Below, piece by piece: positions 1 to 9,039 of a DNA stretch of 64,000 bases; position 1 is the first letter of the stretch, and the number at the start of each line of letters is the position of its first letter. The stretch is taken from contig JBAZJY010000001.1 of the NCBI GenBank assembly GCA_041651115.1, positions 325,165 to 389,164 of the forward strand, read 5' to 3'. A program made the translations under genes and the position numbers. Source of the stretch: Candidatus Omnitrophota bacterium (GTDB taxonomy: Bacteria; Omnitrophota; Gorgyraeia; Gygaellales; Profunditerraquicolaceae). Below the pieces are notes generated by a model that did not search any database, was not told the origin of the DNA, and saw nothing but the letters and a program-made list of their open reading frames with translations.

Positions 1-437
1 ATAAAGCGGGGATTGAAACGCGTATATCGCGCGATATAAAAGGGCTTTTATGGTCAAAGCTTATCATTAACGCCGGGATCAACGCGCTGGCGGCGATCGT
101 CCGCGTTAAAAATGGCAGGCTTATTGAACTTGAGCCTTGCCGCAGGATAATGCAGGATGCGGTAAGCGAAGCGGCAAAGATCGCCAAGCGCAAAAGGATC
201 AAGCTGATTTATGATGATCCGCTGTCAAAGGTCGAGGCGGTTTGCGAAGCTACTGCCGCTAATGTATGTTCAATGCTGCAGGATATTTTGAAAAAAAAGC
301 GCACAGAAATCGATTTTATTAACGGCGCGATCGTGCGCCAGGCTCAAGGATTGGGCATCCCGGTTCCGGCGAACGCAATGCTTACCGACCTTATAAAAGC
401 GATTGAGGCAAGCTATAATATCAGCGAAGTTAAATGA
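1..437 (+). CDS. panE: 2-dehydropantoate 2-reductase (ketopantoate reductase), C-terminal part; 5' end lies outside the window
   Basis: Open frame runs from position 3 with no stop until 435-437. The translation ...IDFINGAIVRQAQGLGIPVPAN... resembles the ApbA/PanE C-terminal domain. panB lies 2.6 kb downstream. Confidence 0.65.
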   Translation, partial: KAGIETRISRDIKGLLWSKLIINAGINALAAIVRVKNGRLIELEPCRRIMQDAVSEAAKIAKRKRIKLIYDDPLSKVEAVCEATAANVCSMLQDILKKKRTEIDFINGAIVRQAQGLGIPVPANAMLTDLIKAIEASYNISEVK

Positions 438-2143
438 AAAACCCGGAGATCGCCAAAGTATTCAGGGATATTGCCGCGATTTTAGAAATAAAGGCGGACA
501 ATCCTTTCCGTATCCGCGCGTATGAGCGGGCAGCGCAGAATATTGAGAATTTGCCGGGTGACATCGCCGATTATGCTGCCGGAGGTAAATTAAGGCAGAT
601 CCCGGGCATAGGCCAGGACCTCGCGGATAAAATAAACGAATTCCTAAAGACCGGCAAGATCAAGTTTTATTCCCAGTTACGCAAACAGGTCCCGCTGGCA
701 ATATTGGAGTTGCTGGAAATCCCCGGTGTCGGGCCAAAAACCGCCAAATTGCTGCACGAGCAGCTGCAGGTAAAAAGCTTATCCGGGTTGGAAAAAGCGA
801 TCAGGAGTAAAAAATTAGAAGGTTTACCCGGGATAAAGCAAAAATCAATTGAGAATATCGTAAAAGGCATCGCTATATTGAAAGAAGGCAGGCAGCGGAT
901 GAGCCTTGCCGTGGCCAAACAGGTCAGCGATGAATTCATCCGGCCGTTGGAAAAGCTGCCGGAAACGGAAAATATTTCTGCTGCAGGCAGCCTCAGGCGC
1001 AGGAAAGAAACAGTCAGGGATATAGACATTCTTGTTACCAGCCGCAAGCCGGAAAAGATCATGGGCGTGTTTATAAAATTACCTCCGGTAAAAGACGTCC
1101 TGGCGCATGGCCTGACAAAGTCGGCTGTGCGCACCAAAGATGGAGTGCAAGTGGATTGCCGCGTAGTGGAAGCCCGGTCTTTTGGCGCGGCGTTGGTATA
1201 TTTTACCGGCTCAAAGAATTTTAATATCAAATTAAGGAAGCTGGCGATAAAAAAAGGGCTGAAAGTAAATGAATACGGGGTATTCAAAAAAGATAAATTT
1301 ATCTGCGGAGGCAGCGAAGAAGAGGTTTTTAAGGCGTTGGGCATGAAGTTTATTGAACCGGAGCTGCGCGAAGATAATGGTGAGGTTGAATTGGCATTGC
1401 GGGGTAAGCTCCCGGAATTGGTTTCGCTGGGGGATATCAAAGGCGACCTGCACGCGCATTCAACCTGGTCTGATGGCGGTAGTTCTATTGAAGAGATGGC
1501 CAGCGCCTGTAAGAAGCGGGGTTATTCTTATGTAGCGATCACGGATCATTCTCAAGGGTTAAAGATTGCCGGCGGCTTGAGCCCGGAAGATTTAATCAGA
1601 AAAAAACGCCAGATTGATAAAATCAATCAAGGTTTGAAAGGCTTCCGGGTTTTGTTTGGCGCGGAGGTAGATATAGATTCTCAGGGTAACCTCGATTATC
1701 CCGATGGGATACTTAAGGAATTTGATATTGTGGTCGCGGCCATTCATAGCGGTTTTAAGCAGTCAAAGGAAATCCTGACAAGAAGGCTGGTAAATGCGTG
1801 CAAGAATAAATACGCACATATCATTGCCCACCCTACCGGCAGGCTTTGGGGCAGCCGTGAGGCTTATGATCTTGATTTCAACGAGCTCTTTAAGGCGGCA
1901 GCCGGAACAAACACTTGTATGGAGATCAATTCATTTACCCAGCGTTTGGATTTAAATGATTCTAATTGCCGCCGCGCAAAGGAAATGGGCGTGAAAATCG
2001 CGATCAATACTGATGCGCATAGTACCGATCAGCTAAATGCAATGGAGCTGGGCATTTCAGTTGCCCGGCGCGGGTGGCTGGGGAAGGCGGATGTAATTAA
2101 TACGCTTTCGTTGCCGGAGTTATTAGCGGCGATCAAGAAATGA
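434..2143 (+). CDS. polX: DNA polymerase/3'-5' exonuclease PolX (family X polymerase with C-terminal PHP domain)
   Basis: The N-terminus MKNPEIAKVFRDIAAILEIKADNPFRIRAYERAA is typical of PolX helix-hairpin-helix. The C-terminus carries PHP His/Asp motifs (DLHAHSTWSDG, ITDH). ATGA overlap with upstream gene. Confidence 0.85.
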   Translation: MKNPEIAKVFRDIAAILEIKADNPFRIRAYERAAQNIENLPGDIADYAAGGKLRQIPGIGQDLADKINEFLKTGKIKFYSQLRKQVPLAILELLEIPGVGPKTAKLLHEQLQVKSLSGLEKAIRSKKLEGLPGIKQKSIENIVKGIAILKEGRQRMSLAVAKQVSDEFIRPLEKLPETENISAAGSLRRRKETVRDIDILVTSRKPEKIMGVFIKLPPVKDVLAHGLTKSAVRTKDGVQVDCRVVEARSFGAALVYFTGSKNFNIKLRKLAIKKGLKVNEYGVFKKDKFICGGSEEEVFKALGMKFIEPELREDNGEVELALRGKLPELVSLGDIKGDLHAHSTWSDGGSSIEEMASACKKRGYSYVAITDHSQGLKIAGGLSPEDLIRKKRQIDKINQGLKGFRVLFGAEVDIDSQGNLDYPDGILKEFDIVVAAIHSGFKQSKEILTRRLVNACKNKYAHIIAHPTGRLWGSREAYDLDFNELFKAAAGTNTCMEINSFTQRLDLNDSNCRRAKEMGVKIAINTDAHSTDQLNAMELGISVARRGWLGKADVINTLSLPELLAAIKK

Positions 2144-3090
2144 GAGTTAAACATCAGGTGTTTGGTGTTAGGTGTTTGGTGTTAGGTGTTTGGTGTATCC
2201 TAGGCGGATGCAATAATCAGCCGGCGCTGCACAAAGAATCGCGGGTAATCATGGGTACGTTCGCAGGGGTAATTTCTCCCGATGAACGGGCAGCAGGCAT
2301 TGCCTTCGCGGAGATCCGGCGCATAGAAAAACTATTAAGCAAATATGACCCGGACAGCGAAGTCAGTAAATTAAATTCTTCGGGCGAATTAAAGGCCAGC
2401 CCGGAAACATATTACATAATCAAGAAGTCAAAAGCATTTTCGGCCGAAAGCGCCGGTGCTTTTGATATTACCGTTGCGCCGCTGGTTGAATTATGGGGAT
2501 TTAAGGAAAAAAATTTTCGCGTGCCGGCAAAAGAAGAGATTGCCTCAACCCTGGAACGGGTAGGTTCGGATAAGATCATCCTTAACGACGCAGATAATTC
2601 CGTAAAATTCAGCGTATCCGGCATGAGTATAGATTTAGGCGCGGTTGCCAAGGGCTACGCGGTTGATTGCGCGGCCAGGAAATTAAAAGAAAGCGGTATT
2701 AGCAGCGCGATCGTCAACGTTGGCGGAGAAGTATACGCGTTAGGGCTAAAGTCCGGCAAGCCATGGGTTGTGGCAATACGCTCCCCGGATAAAAAAAGTT
2801 TCCATGGTAAACTGGAACTTATCGACCGCGCAGCCTCAACCTCGGGGAATTATGAACAGTTTTTTATTAAGGATAATATCCGTTACAGCCATATATTTGA
2901 TCCGAAGACCGGTATGCCGGTTGATTCCGGCATAAGGGGGATAACCGTGCTTGCCGACGATTGCCTGACTGCGGATAGTTTGGCAACTGCGATATTCGTG
3001 CTGGGGCCGGAAAAAGGGATCGCGCTGGCAGAAAAGATCTCGGGCGCTGAAGTGGCGAGAGTAATTAAGGAGAAGAAGAGGGGGCGATGA
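2140..3090 (+). CDS. apbE: FAD:protein FMN transferase (ApbE family) lipoprotein
   Basis: FDITVAPLVELWGF and C-terminal ApbE-like motifs. The N-terminal signal peptide/lipobox (LGVWCILGGC) is encoded by a 14-bp tandem repeat. Confidence 0.8.
   Translation: MRVKHQVFGVRCLVLGVWCILGGCNNQPALHKESRVIMGTFAGVISPDERAAGIAFAEIRRIEKLLSKYDPDSEVSKLNSSGELKASPETYYIIKKSKAFSAESAGAFDITVAPLVELWGFKEKNFRVPAKEEIASTLERVGSDKIILNDADNSVKFSVSGMSIDLGAVAKGYAVDCAARKLKESGISSAIVNVGGEVYALGLKSGKPWVVAIRSPDKKSFHGKLELIDRAASTSGNYEQFFIKDNIRYSHIFDPKTGMPVDSGIRGITVLADDCLTADSLATAIFVLGPEKGIALAEKISGAEVARVIKEKKRGR
2157..2196 (+). repeat. Tandem direct repeat (GGTGTTTGGTGTTA x about 2.9) inside the apbE 5' coding region
   Basis: Read directly: ggtgtttggtgtta ggtgtttggtgtta ggtgtttggtgt. 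It encodes the hydrophobic core of the signal peptide (VFGVRCLVLGVWC). Confidence 0.8.
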
Positions 3091-3917
3091 ATAAAATTAC
3101 TGTAAGCGATATAGTTGCTTTAAAAAACAAACGTAAGATCACTATGCTTACGGCCTATGATTATCCGATAGCTTCATTGGTGGATAAGGCGGGAATTGAC
3201 ATGATCCTCGTGGGCGATTCGCTGGCAAATGTTGTTTTAGGCCTGGAATCAACAACGCAAGTAGGGATGTGGGAAATGCTGCATCATGCCAAGGCAGTTA
3301 CCCGGGCAGTGAAAAATGCGCTGGTCGTCGGTGACATGCCTTATGAATCATATCAGGTTAATCCGGATGAATCGGTAAAAAATGCCATGAGATTCATTAA
3401 TGAGGCAAAATGCGGCGCGGTGAAGCTTGAGTGGTTTGATAAATGCCTGGAAGTAACAGGATCTATAGTTAAGGCCGGCATCCCGGTAATGGGTCATATC
3501 GGTTTAACTCCGCAAACTGCCGATAAGCTCGGCGGTTTTAAGGTGCAGGGAAAAGACGCGGAAGCTGCCAAGCGACTGCTGGAGCAGGCGCGCTTGCTAG
3601 AGCAAGCTGGATGCTTTGCAATTGTGCTTGAATGTGTACCGGATAAAATCGCGGAAATGATCACCAATAAACTGAAGATGCCGACTATCGGCATCGGCGC
3701 AGGCCCGCATTGCGATGGCCAGGTCCTTGTGATCAATGATATGGTAGGGCTATTTGAAAGATATACGCCGAAATTCGTCAAAAAATATATTAACCTCTCC
3801 GGCCAGATACAGGCCGCAATAGAAGATTATAAGCGCGAAGTAGTGGAAGGAAAATTCCCGGCGCCTGAACATTGCTTCACGATAAAAAAAGACGAGCTGG
3901 ATAAACTGGAAAGATGA
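3087..3917 (+). CDS. panB: 3-methyl-2-oxobutanoate hydroxymethyltransferase
   Basis: KITMLTAYDYPIASLVDKAGIDMILVGDSLANVVLG is a canonical PanB N-terminus. ATGA overlap with apbE. Confidence 0.9.
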   Translation: MNKITVSDIVALKNKRKITMLTAYDYPIASLVDKAGIDMILVGDSLANVVLGLESTTQVGMWEMLHHAKAVTRAVKNALVVGDMPYESYQVNPDESVKNAMRFINEAKCGAVKLEWFDKCLEVTGSIVKAGIPVMGHIGLTPQTADKLGGFKVQGKDAEAAKRLLEQARLLEQAGCFAIVLECVPDKIAEMITNKLKMPTIGIGAGPHCDGQVLVINDMVGLFERYTPKFVKKYINLSGQIQAAIEDYKREVVEGKFPAPEHCFTIKKDELDKLER

Positions 3918-3954
3918 CCTATCGTTTTCGTTTAGGGGAATCCCGAACGACCGG

Positions 3955-4725
3955 ATGGAGTTAGGGATGAAAAAGAAAATAAGAAGGATAATACTGCTTT
4001 CGGCCCTGCTGGTTGCCGGATTATTATTCGTAGCGAAGTTCGGCGGCCCGGCGATCTTACGGATGTATATTGAAGCCGGCGTGGGCGACTGTAAGAAAAT
4101 CCCCGTCCTTTGTATCGTGCCGCAGAGCAAGATGTCAGATCCCGTTATTGATGAAGAGTATGTAGACGGCCTGTTGCCGTACGTTTATCCGGAAGTAGAG
4201 GTGCGCCTGCCCAGAGGTTTTACGGTTGTCAAGCAGATCGTCAAGCGGGTATATTATAAGAAATGGAAAAAGCGCGCTAAAGGAGCGACGATCTATCTGT
4301 TGCATGAGCCGCCGGATTATTTTATCCGTTTATTCCCCCAGCTAAAAGGAGTAGCGGTTAAGAACGATTATGATTTTGTTTCCCGTTTAATGCACGCCCG
4401 GGTCAGTGAAATAAAGAATGTTACTGACGCCTTCTTTGTGGTCATGAAAGGTATCTTTATCCCTGATCTTGCCGATCAGAACAGCGTTAAGATCATCCAT
4501 TACAGCGGCCAGGGCAGAAAAGGATTTATCGGTTATAATATGGGGGCAAAAGAGAACTATTTTGACTGCAATATTGTCGGCCCGGACGGATACTTTAAAG
4601 TATATATCAAAGATATGGCAAAGACGCTGGATTTAGAAAAAGTCGCGGCAATCTTGTCTACGCTAAAAGCTAGGGACGGTTCTCAAGCTAATCTTAAAGT
4701 GTCCCCTCCAGAGGGGACACTTTAG
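3955..4725 (+). CDS. hypothetical membrane-anchored protein (single N-terminal TM helix)
   Basis: ORF with N-terminal hydrophobic segment ILLSALLVAGLLFVA. No recognisable family. Its last about 17 codons are encoded by the left arm of a long palindrome. Confidence 0.45.
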   Translation: MELGMKKKIRRIILLSALLVAGLLFVAKFGGPAILRMYIEAGVGDCKKIPVLCIVPQSKMSDPVIDEEYVDGLLPYVYPEVEVRLPRGFTVVKQIVKRVYYKKWKKRAKGATIYLLHEPPDYFIRLFPQLKGVAVKNDYDFVSRLMHARVSEIKNVTDAFFVVMKGIFIPDLADQNSVKIIHYSGQGRKGFIGYNMGAKENYFDCNIVGPDGYFKVYIKDMAKTLDLEKVAAILSTLKARDGSQANLKVSPPEGTL

Positions 4726-4748
4726 CTTTAAGTTGAGAACCGTCCCTA
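4671..4748. repeat. Long imperfect palindrome (about 38-bp arms) spanning the stop codon of the upstream ORF; probable intrinsic terminator or REP/MITE-like element
   Basis: tagggacggttctcaagctaatcttaaagtgtcccctc / gaggggacactttagctttaagttgagaaccgtcccta, with a central gtcccctc..gaggggac core. Confidence 0.6.
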
Positions 4749-4794
4749 TAAACTCCTTGACTTTTAGGGCATTTTGCGCTAAAACTAAACTTCT

Positions 4795-6135
4795 ATGAAT
4801 ACTTCTGAAAACTTGATGGATAAGGTAGTTTCACTCTGCAAGAGGCGAGGGTTCATCTTTCAGGGCAGCGACATCTATGGCGGCCTAAGTAACACCTGGG
4901 ACTACGGCCCATACGGCGTTGAACTGAAGAATAACCTTAAGCGCGCGTGGTGGAAGTCGGTTGTCTATGAGCGTAATGATATTTTCGGCATGGACGCGGC
5001 AATACTTATGCACCCGAAAGTCTGGGAGGCAAGCGGCCATGTGGAAAATTTCTTTGACTTAAAAAGCGATTGCAAATCCTGCAAAAAGCGCTTTAAACAT
5101 GAAGACTTGAAGGGTAAGAATGTTTGCCCTGAATGCGGCGGAGAGCTTACCGAAGCCAGGGCGTTCAACCTGATGTTTAAGACCCATCAGGGACCAGTTG
5201 AAGACGCGTCAAACCAGATCTATCTGCGTCCGGAAACCGCGCAGGGGATCTTTACGAATTTCCTGAATATCCTTGATTCGCGGCACCCTAAGCTTCCATT
5301 CGGTATCGCGCAGACCGGAAAGTCATTCCGTAATGAGATCACTCCGGGAAACTTTACTTTCCGCACCCGCGAATTTGAGCAGATGGAGATTGAGTATTTT
5401 GTCAATCCGGCTGAAGCAGATAAGGCTTATGAATATTGGGTTAACGAAAGGTTTAATTGGTATCTTGGCCTCGGTATGAAGGCTGATAATTTAAGGAAGC
5501 GGCCGCATGACAAAAAAGAGTTAGCGCACTATGCCAAGGCCTGCACTGATATCGAGTATAAATTTTTGTTCTCCGCCGGAGGCGGATCCGCCTGCGGCGG
5601 AGGTTGGAGCGAGCTGGAAGGCATTGCCAATCGCACGGATTTTGACTTAAAACAGCATGCTGAAGCAAGCGGTAAAGACATGCGCTATTTTGACGAGGCT
5701 GCGAAAGAAAGGTATTATCCTTATATTATTGAGCCTTCAGGCGGAGTAGACAGAAGTGTTCTGGCATTTTTAAGCGATGCGTATAACGAAGAACAGGTCA
5801 AAGATGATACGCGAGTTGTTTTGAAGTTGCACAAGGAGCTTGCCCCGGTAAAGGCGGCAGTGCTGCCGCTGTTAAGGAACCGTCCGGAGATCGTGGAATT
5901 AGCGAAGAATATTGCCCAAGACTTAAAGAAAAAATTTGTTACGGTTTACGACGACACCGGCGCGATCGGCAAGCTTTACCGCCGCCAGGATGAAGTTGGC
6001 ACGCTTTATTGCATCACCGTTGATGTCCAATCGTTGGAAGACAGGCAGGTTACTGTGCGTAACCGGGACACAATGCTGCAGGACAGGGTAGGAATCGATC
6101 AATTAAAACAATATTTGGAAGAGAAGTTAACTTAA
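4795..6135 (+). CDS. glyQS: glycine--tRNA ligase (alpha2 homodimeric type)
   Basis: MDKVVSLCKRRGFIFQGSDIYGGLSNTWDYGPYGVELKNNLKRAWW is the canonical GlyRS class II N-terminus. Confidence 0.9.
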   Translation: MNTSENLMDKVVSLCKRRGFIFQGSDIYGGLSNTWDYGPYGVELKNNLKRAWWKSVVYERNDIFGMDAAILMHPKVWEASGHVENFFDLKSDCKSCKKRFKHEDLKGKNVCPECGGELTEARAFNLMFKTHQGPVEDASNQIYLRPETAQGIFTNFLNILDSRHPKLPFGIAQTGKSFRNEITPGNFTFRTREFEQMEIEYFVNPAEADKAYEYWVNERFNWYLGLGMKADNLRKRPHDKKELAHYAKACTDIEYKFLFSAGGGSACGGGWSELEGIANRTDFDLKQHAEASGKDMRYFDEAAKERYYPYIIEPSGGVDRSVLAFLSDAYNEEQVKDDTRVVLKLHKELAPVKAAVLPLLRNRPEIVELAKNIAQDLKKKFVTVYDDTGAIGKLYRRQDEVGTLYCITVDVQSLEDRQVTVRNRDTMLQDRVGIDQLKQYLEEKLT

Positions 6136-6137
6136 TA

Positions 6138-6176
6138 GCACCCAATCCTATCGGATGGATTGGTGCGCACTTTTTG
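6138..6176 (+). terminator. putative intrinsic terminator after glyQS
   Basis: GC-rich imperfect hairpin gcacccaatcc-tatcggat-ggattggtgcgc followed by tttttg. Confidence 0.45.
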
Positions 6177-6200
6177 TGCAGAGGGAGGGTTTTAAAAGCA

Positions 6201-8945
6201 ATGGCAAAGAAGTATGTGTATTCATTCGGCGGTGGGAAGGCAGACGGCAACGAGAGCATGAAAAATCTCCTGGGTGGCAAAGGCGCCAACCTCGCGGAGA
6301 TGGCCGGGCATAAGGATCTGAAGCTTCCCGTTCCTCCGGGATTTACCCTTAGCACTGATGCCTGTACTTATTACTACGGCCACAAACGCTCTTATCCTAA
6401 AGAGCTTAAAGAACAGGTAAATAAAGCGTTGGCGCAGGTAGAAAAACTTATGGGCCGTAAATTCGGCGACGCAAATAATCCGCTTTTAGTTTCTGTACGT
6501 TCGGGCGCAAGAAAGTCAATGCCCGGGATGATGGAAACCGTGCTTAATGTCGGGCTTACCGAAAAAACTATCCCCGGTTTGGTCAAGCAGAGCAACGGAA
6601 ACGAGCGTTTTGTCTATGATGCTTATCGCAGGTTGATCATGATGTATTCCGACGTAGTTATGGAAAAGGCCGCAGGCATAGAGCCTAAGGACGATATGGG
6701 CATCCGTAAGCAGCTTGAACGGATCATGGACGAGCTTAAGAAATCAAAAGGTTATAAAGGCGACACGGACATGAATGCGAAAGATTTAAAAGAGCTCTGC
6801 GCGAAATTCAAGATAAGGATCAAAGAAATCCTGGGTAAAGAATTCCCGGATGAGCCTATGCAGCAGCTTTGGGGCGGTATCAGCGCGGTTTTTGCGTCAT
6901 GGAACGGCAAGCGCGCCATCAGCTACAGAAGAATAGAAAATATCCCCGATGAGTGGGGAACGGCAGTCAATGTTCAGACAATGGTTTTCGGTAATATGGG
7001 TAATGATTCGGCAACCGGCGTTGCCTTTACGCGCAACCCCGGCAACGGAGAGCCGTATTTCTATGGCGAGTACCTGATTAACGCGCAAGGCGAAGACGTA
7101 GTCGCCGGTATCCGCACGCCTGCTCCGATCAATGAATCTTCCAAATCAGGGCAGAATAAAGAATTGGTCAGCCTTGAAAAAGGTATGCCCAAAATTTACA
7201 AAGAGCTTTTTGACATTCAGAAGCGTCTGGAAAAACATTACCATGATATGCAGGATATTGAATTTACCATTGAAAAAGGCCGGCTGTTCATGCTGCAGTG
7301 CCGTATTGGAAAACGCAATGGCCCGGCAGCAGTGCGCATGGCAATGGATATGGTAAAAGAAAAGCTGATCAAAAAAGAAGACGCGGTTATGCGCGTTACC
7401 CCGGCGCAACTGGATGAACTATTGCATCCGGTCATTGATCCAAAGATCGAATTAACAAGCAAGCCGGTGGCAAAGGGATTACCTGCAGGCCCGGGCGGCG
7501 CATGCGGACAGGTAGTTTTTTCCGCGGCCGATGCGGTGGAATGGGCAAAGCAGGGCAAGAAAGTAATTCTTGTACGTGAAGAAACCAATCCTGAAGACGT
7601 TGAGGGTATGCGCGCTGCGCAGGCAATTTTAACTGCGCGCGGCGGCATGACTTCGCATGCGGCTTTGGTTGCACGCGGATGGGGAAAATGCTGTATTGTC
7701 GGATGCGGCGCAATGCACATTGAATACGCAAAAAAAGAAGCGCATATAGACGGAAAGATCCTTAGGGAAGGCGATTGGATCACCTTAAACGGCACTAAAG
7801 GTACGGTCTATGAAGGCAAGCTTCCGATGATGGATGCTACCGCGGAAAATACGCTTTTGAATGATTTCTTGAAGATTTGCAGTTCAATCAAGAAATTGGG
7901 TATCCGCACTAATGCCGAAACCCCTGATGACGCGCAAAAAGCGCGGCAATTCGGCGCCGAAGGCATCGGCTTGTTCAGGACCGAGCATATGTTTTACGGT
8001 AAAGGTTCTGATGAGCCCTTATTTCTTTTACGCAAAATGATCGTTTCCAACACGCTGGATGAACGTAAAAATGCGCTGGAAGGACTTTTTCCTTATGTTA
8101 AAAAGGATATAAAGGGAACCTTGGCGGCAATGGACGGATATCCGGTAGTTATCCGGTTGCTTGATCCTCCGTTGCATGAATTTGTGCCGCGCGAAAAAGC
8201 AAAGCTCGAACAGCTGGCGGCTGAACTGCAAATCTCCATGGACGAGCTGTCAAAGAGGGCAGATAGCCTGCATGAATCCAATCCGATGATGGGCCACCGC
8301 GGGGTGCGCCTGGGAGTAACTTATCCTGAAGTCAGCGCAATGCAGATCCGCGCGATATTGGAAGCAGCCGCGGAATTGATCAAGGAAGGCAAAAAGCCGT
8401 ATCCGGAGATCATGATCCCGGTTGTTTGCGATGTTAAGGAACTCAACGACCAATTAGCGCTTGCCAAGGCTGTTTACAAAGAAGTCCTGGCAAAGTATAA
8501 TATCAAAAGCATTAAGCACATGTTCGGCACGATGATCGAGATCCCGCGTGCTTGTATTGTCGCGGATAAGCTGGCAGCCGTAGCGCAGTTCTTCTCGTTC
8601 GGCACCAACGATCTTACCCAGATGAGCTTTGGTTTTTCACGCGACGATATAGGCGGATTTCTGCCGGATTATATACAGAAAGGCATCTTGCCGGAAGACC
8701 CGTTCCAATCAATTGACCAGGAAGGCGTGGGCGAATTGATTAAGATGGGTATTCAGCGCGGACGCTCGGCAAATAAAACGTTGGAAGTCGGAATCTGCGG
8801 CGAACACGGCGGTGAGCCGCGTTCAGTGGAGTTCTGCCATCGCGTAGGAATGGATTACGTCAGCTGTTCGCCATTCCGCGTGCCGATTGCCAAGCTCGCG
8901 GCAGCGCAGGCAGTATTGAAAGAGAAAGCGACAAAGAAGAAATAG
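6201..8945 (+). CDS. ppdK: pyruvate, phosphate dikinase
   Basis: MAKKYVYSFGGGKADGNESMKNLLGGKGANLAEMA N-terminus. PEP-utilizing His domain GGMTSHAALVARGWGKCCIVGC. C-terminal TIM-barrel motifs. GAGGGAGG RBS upstream of the ATG at 6201 (the six-frame track's 6174 is a TTG). Confidence 0.9.
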   Translation: MAKKYVYSFGGGKADGNESMKNLLGGKGANLAEMAGHKDLKLPVPPGFTLSTDACTYYYGHKRSYPKELKEQVNKALAQVEKLMGRKFGDANNPLLVSVRSGARKSMPGMMETVLNVGLTEKTIPGLVKQSNGNERFVYDAYRRLIMMYSDVVMEKAAGIEPKDDMGIRKQLERIMDELKKSKGYKGDTDMNAKDLKELCAKFKIRIKEILGKEFPDEPMQQLWGGISAVFASWNGKRAISYRRIENIPDEWGTAVNVQTMVFGNMGNDSATGVAFTRNPGNGEPYFYGEYLINAQGEDVVAGIRTPAPINESSKSGQNKELVSLEKGMPKIYKELFDIQKRLEKHYHDMQDIEFTIEKGRLFMLQCRIGKRNGPAAVRMAMDMVKEKLIKKEDAVMRVTPAQLDELLHPVIDPKIELTSKPVAKGLPAGPGGACGQVVFSAADAVEWAKQGKKVILVREETNPEDVEGMRAAQAILTARGGMTSHAALVARGWGKCCIVGCGAMHIEYAKKEAHIDGKILREGDWITLNGTKGTVYEGKLPMMDATAENTLLNDFLKICSSIKKLGIRTNAETPDDAQKARQFGAEGIGLFRTEHMFYGKGSDEPLFLLRKMIVSNTLDERKNALEGLFPYVKKDIKGTLAAMDGYPVVIRLLDPPLHEFVPREKAKLEQLAAELQISMDELSKRADSLHESNPMMGHRGVRLGVTYPEVSAMQIRAILEAAAELIKEGKKPYPEIMIPVVCDVKELNDQLALAKAVYKEVLAKYNIKSIKHMFGTMIEIPRACIVADKLAAVAQFFSFGTNDLTQMSFGFSRDDIGGFLPDYIQKGILPEDPFQSIDQEGVGELIKMGIQRGRSANKTLEVGICGEHGGEPRSVEFCHRVGMDYVSCSPFRVPIAKLAAAQAVLKEKATKKK

Positions 8946-9037
8946 TTCAGGTCATAGGTCTTAGGTGATAGGTTATAGATTATAGATGATAAGTTGGTAA
9001 TTGCCTAACACCTAGTACCTAACACCTAACACCTAAG
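8946..9037. repeat. Compound inverted repeat built from TAGGTGT/TAGGTGA units between ppdK and the sigma-factor gene; probable terminator/attenuator
   Basis: aggtcataggtcttaggtgataggttatag ... cctaacacctagtacctaacacctaacacctaa. The right arm is the reverse complement of the repeat family seen at 2157-2196. Confidence 0.5.
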
Positions 9038-9039
9038 CC

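Noticed and set aside
667-1440. 257-aa minus-strand ORF inside polX, plus many other 60-185-aa minus-strand ORFs (for example 7238-7795, 16837-17346, 21491-22039, 26125-26742, 28914-29513, 31535-31969)
   Set aside because: Each lies antisense to a + strand gene with clear family motifs. They are low-complexity (Ser/Pro/Arg-rich) with no recognisable domains, which is the typical shadow-ORF pattern.
2157-2196. Possible CRISPR array suggested by the direct repeats
   Set aside because: The units are contiguous 14-mers with no spacers, inside a coding region, and no cas genes are present. It is a simple tandem repeat.
6174-6200. Longer ppdK N-terminus (MCRGRVLKA...) starting at TTG 6174, as in the ORF track
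   Set aside because: The ATG at 6201 is preceded by a GAGGGAGG RBS and gives the canonical PPDK N-terminus (MAKKYVY). The extension would begin inside the glyQS terminator hairpin.
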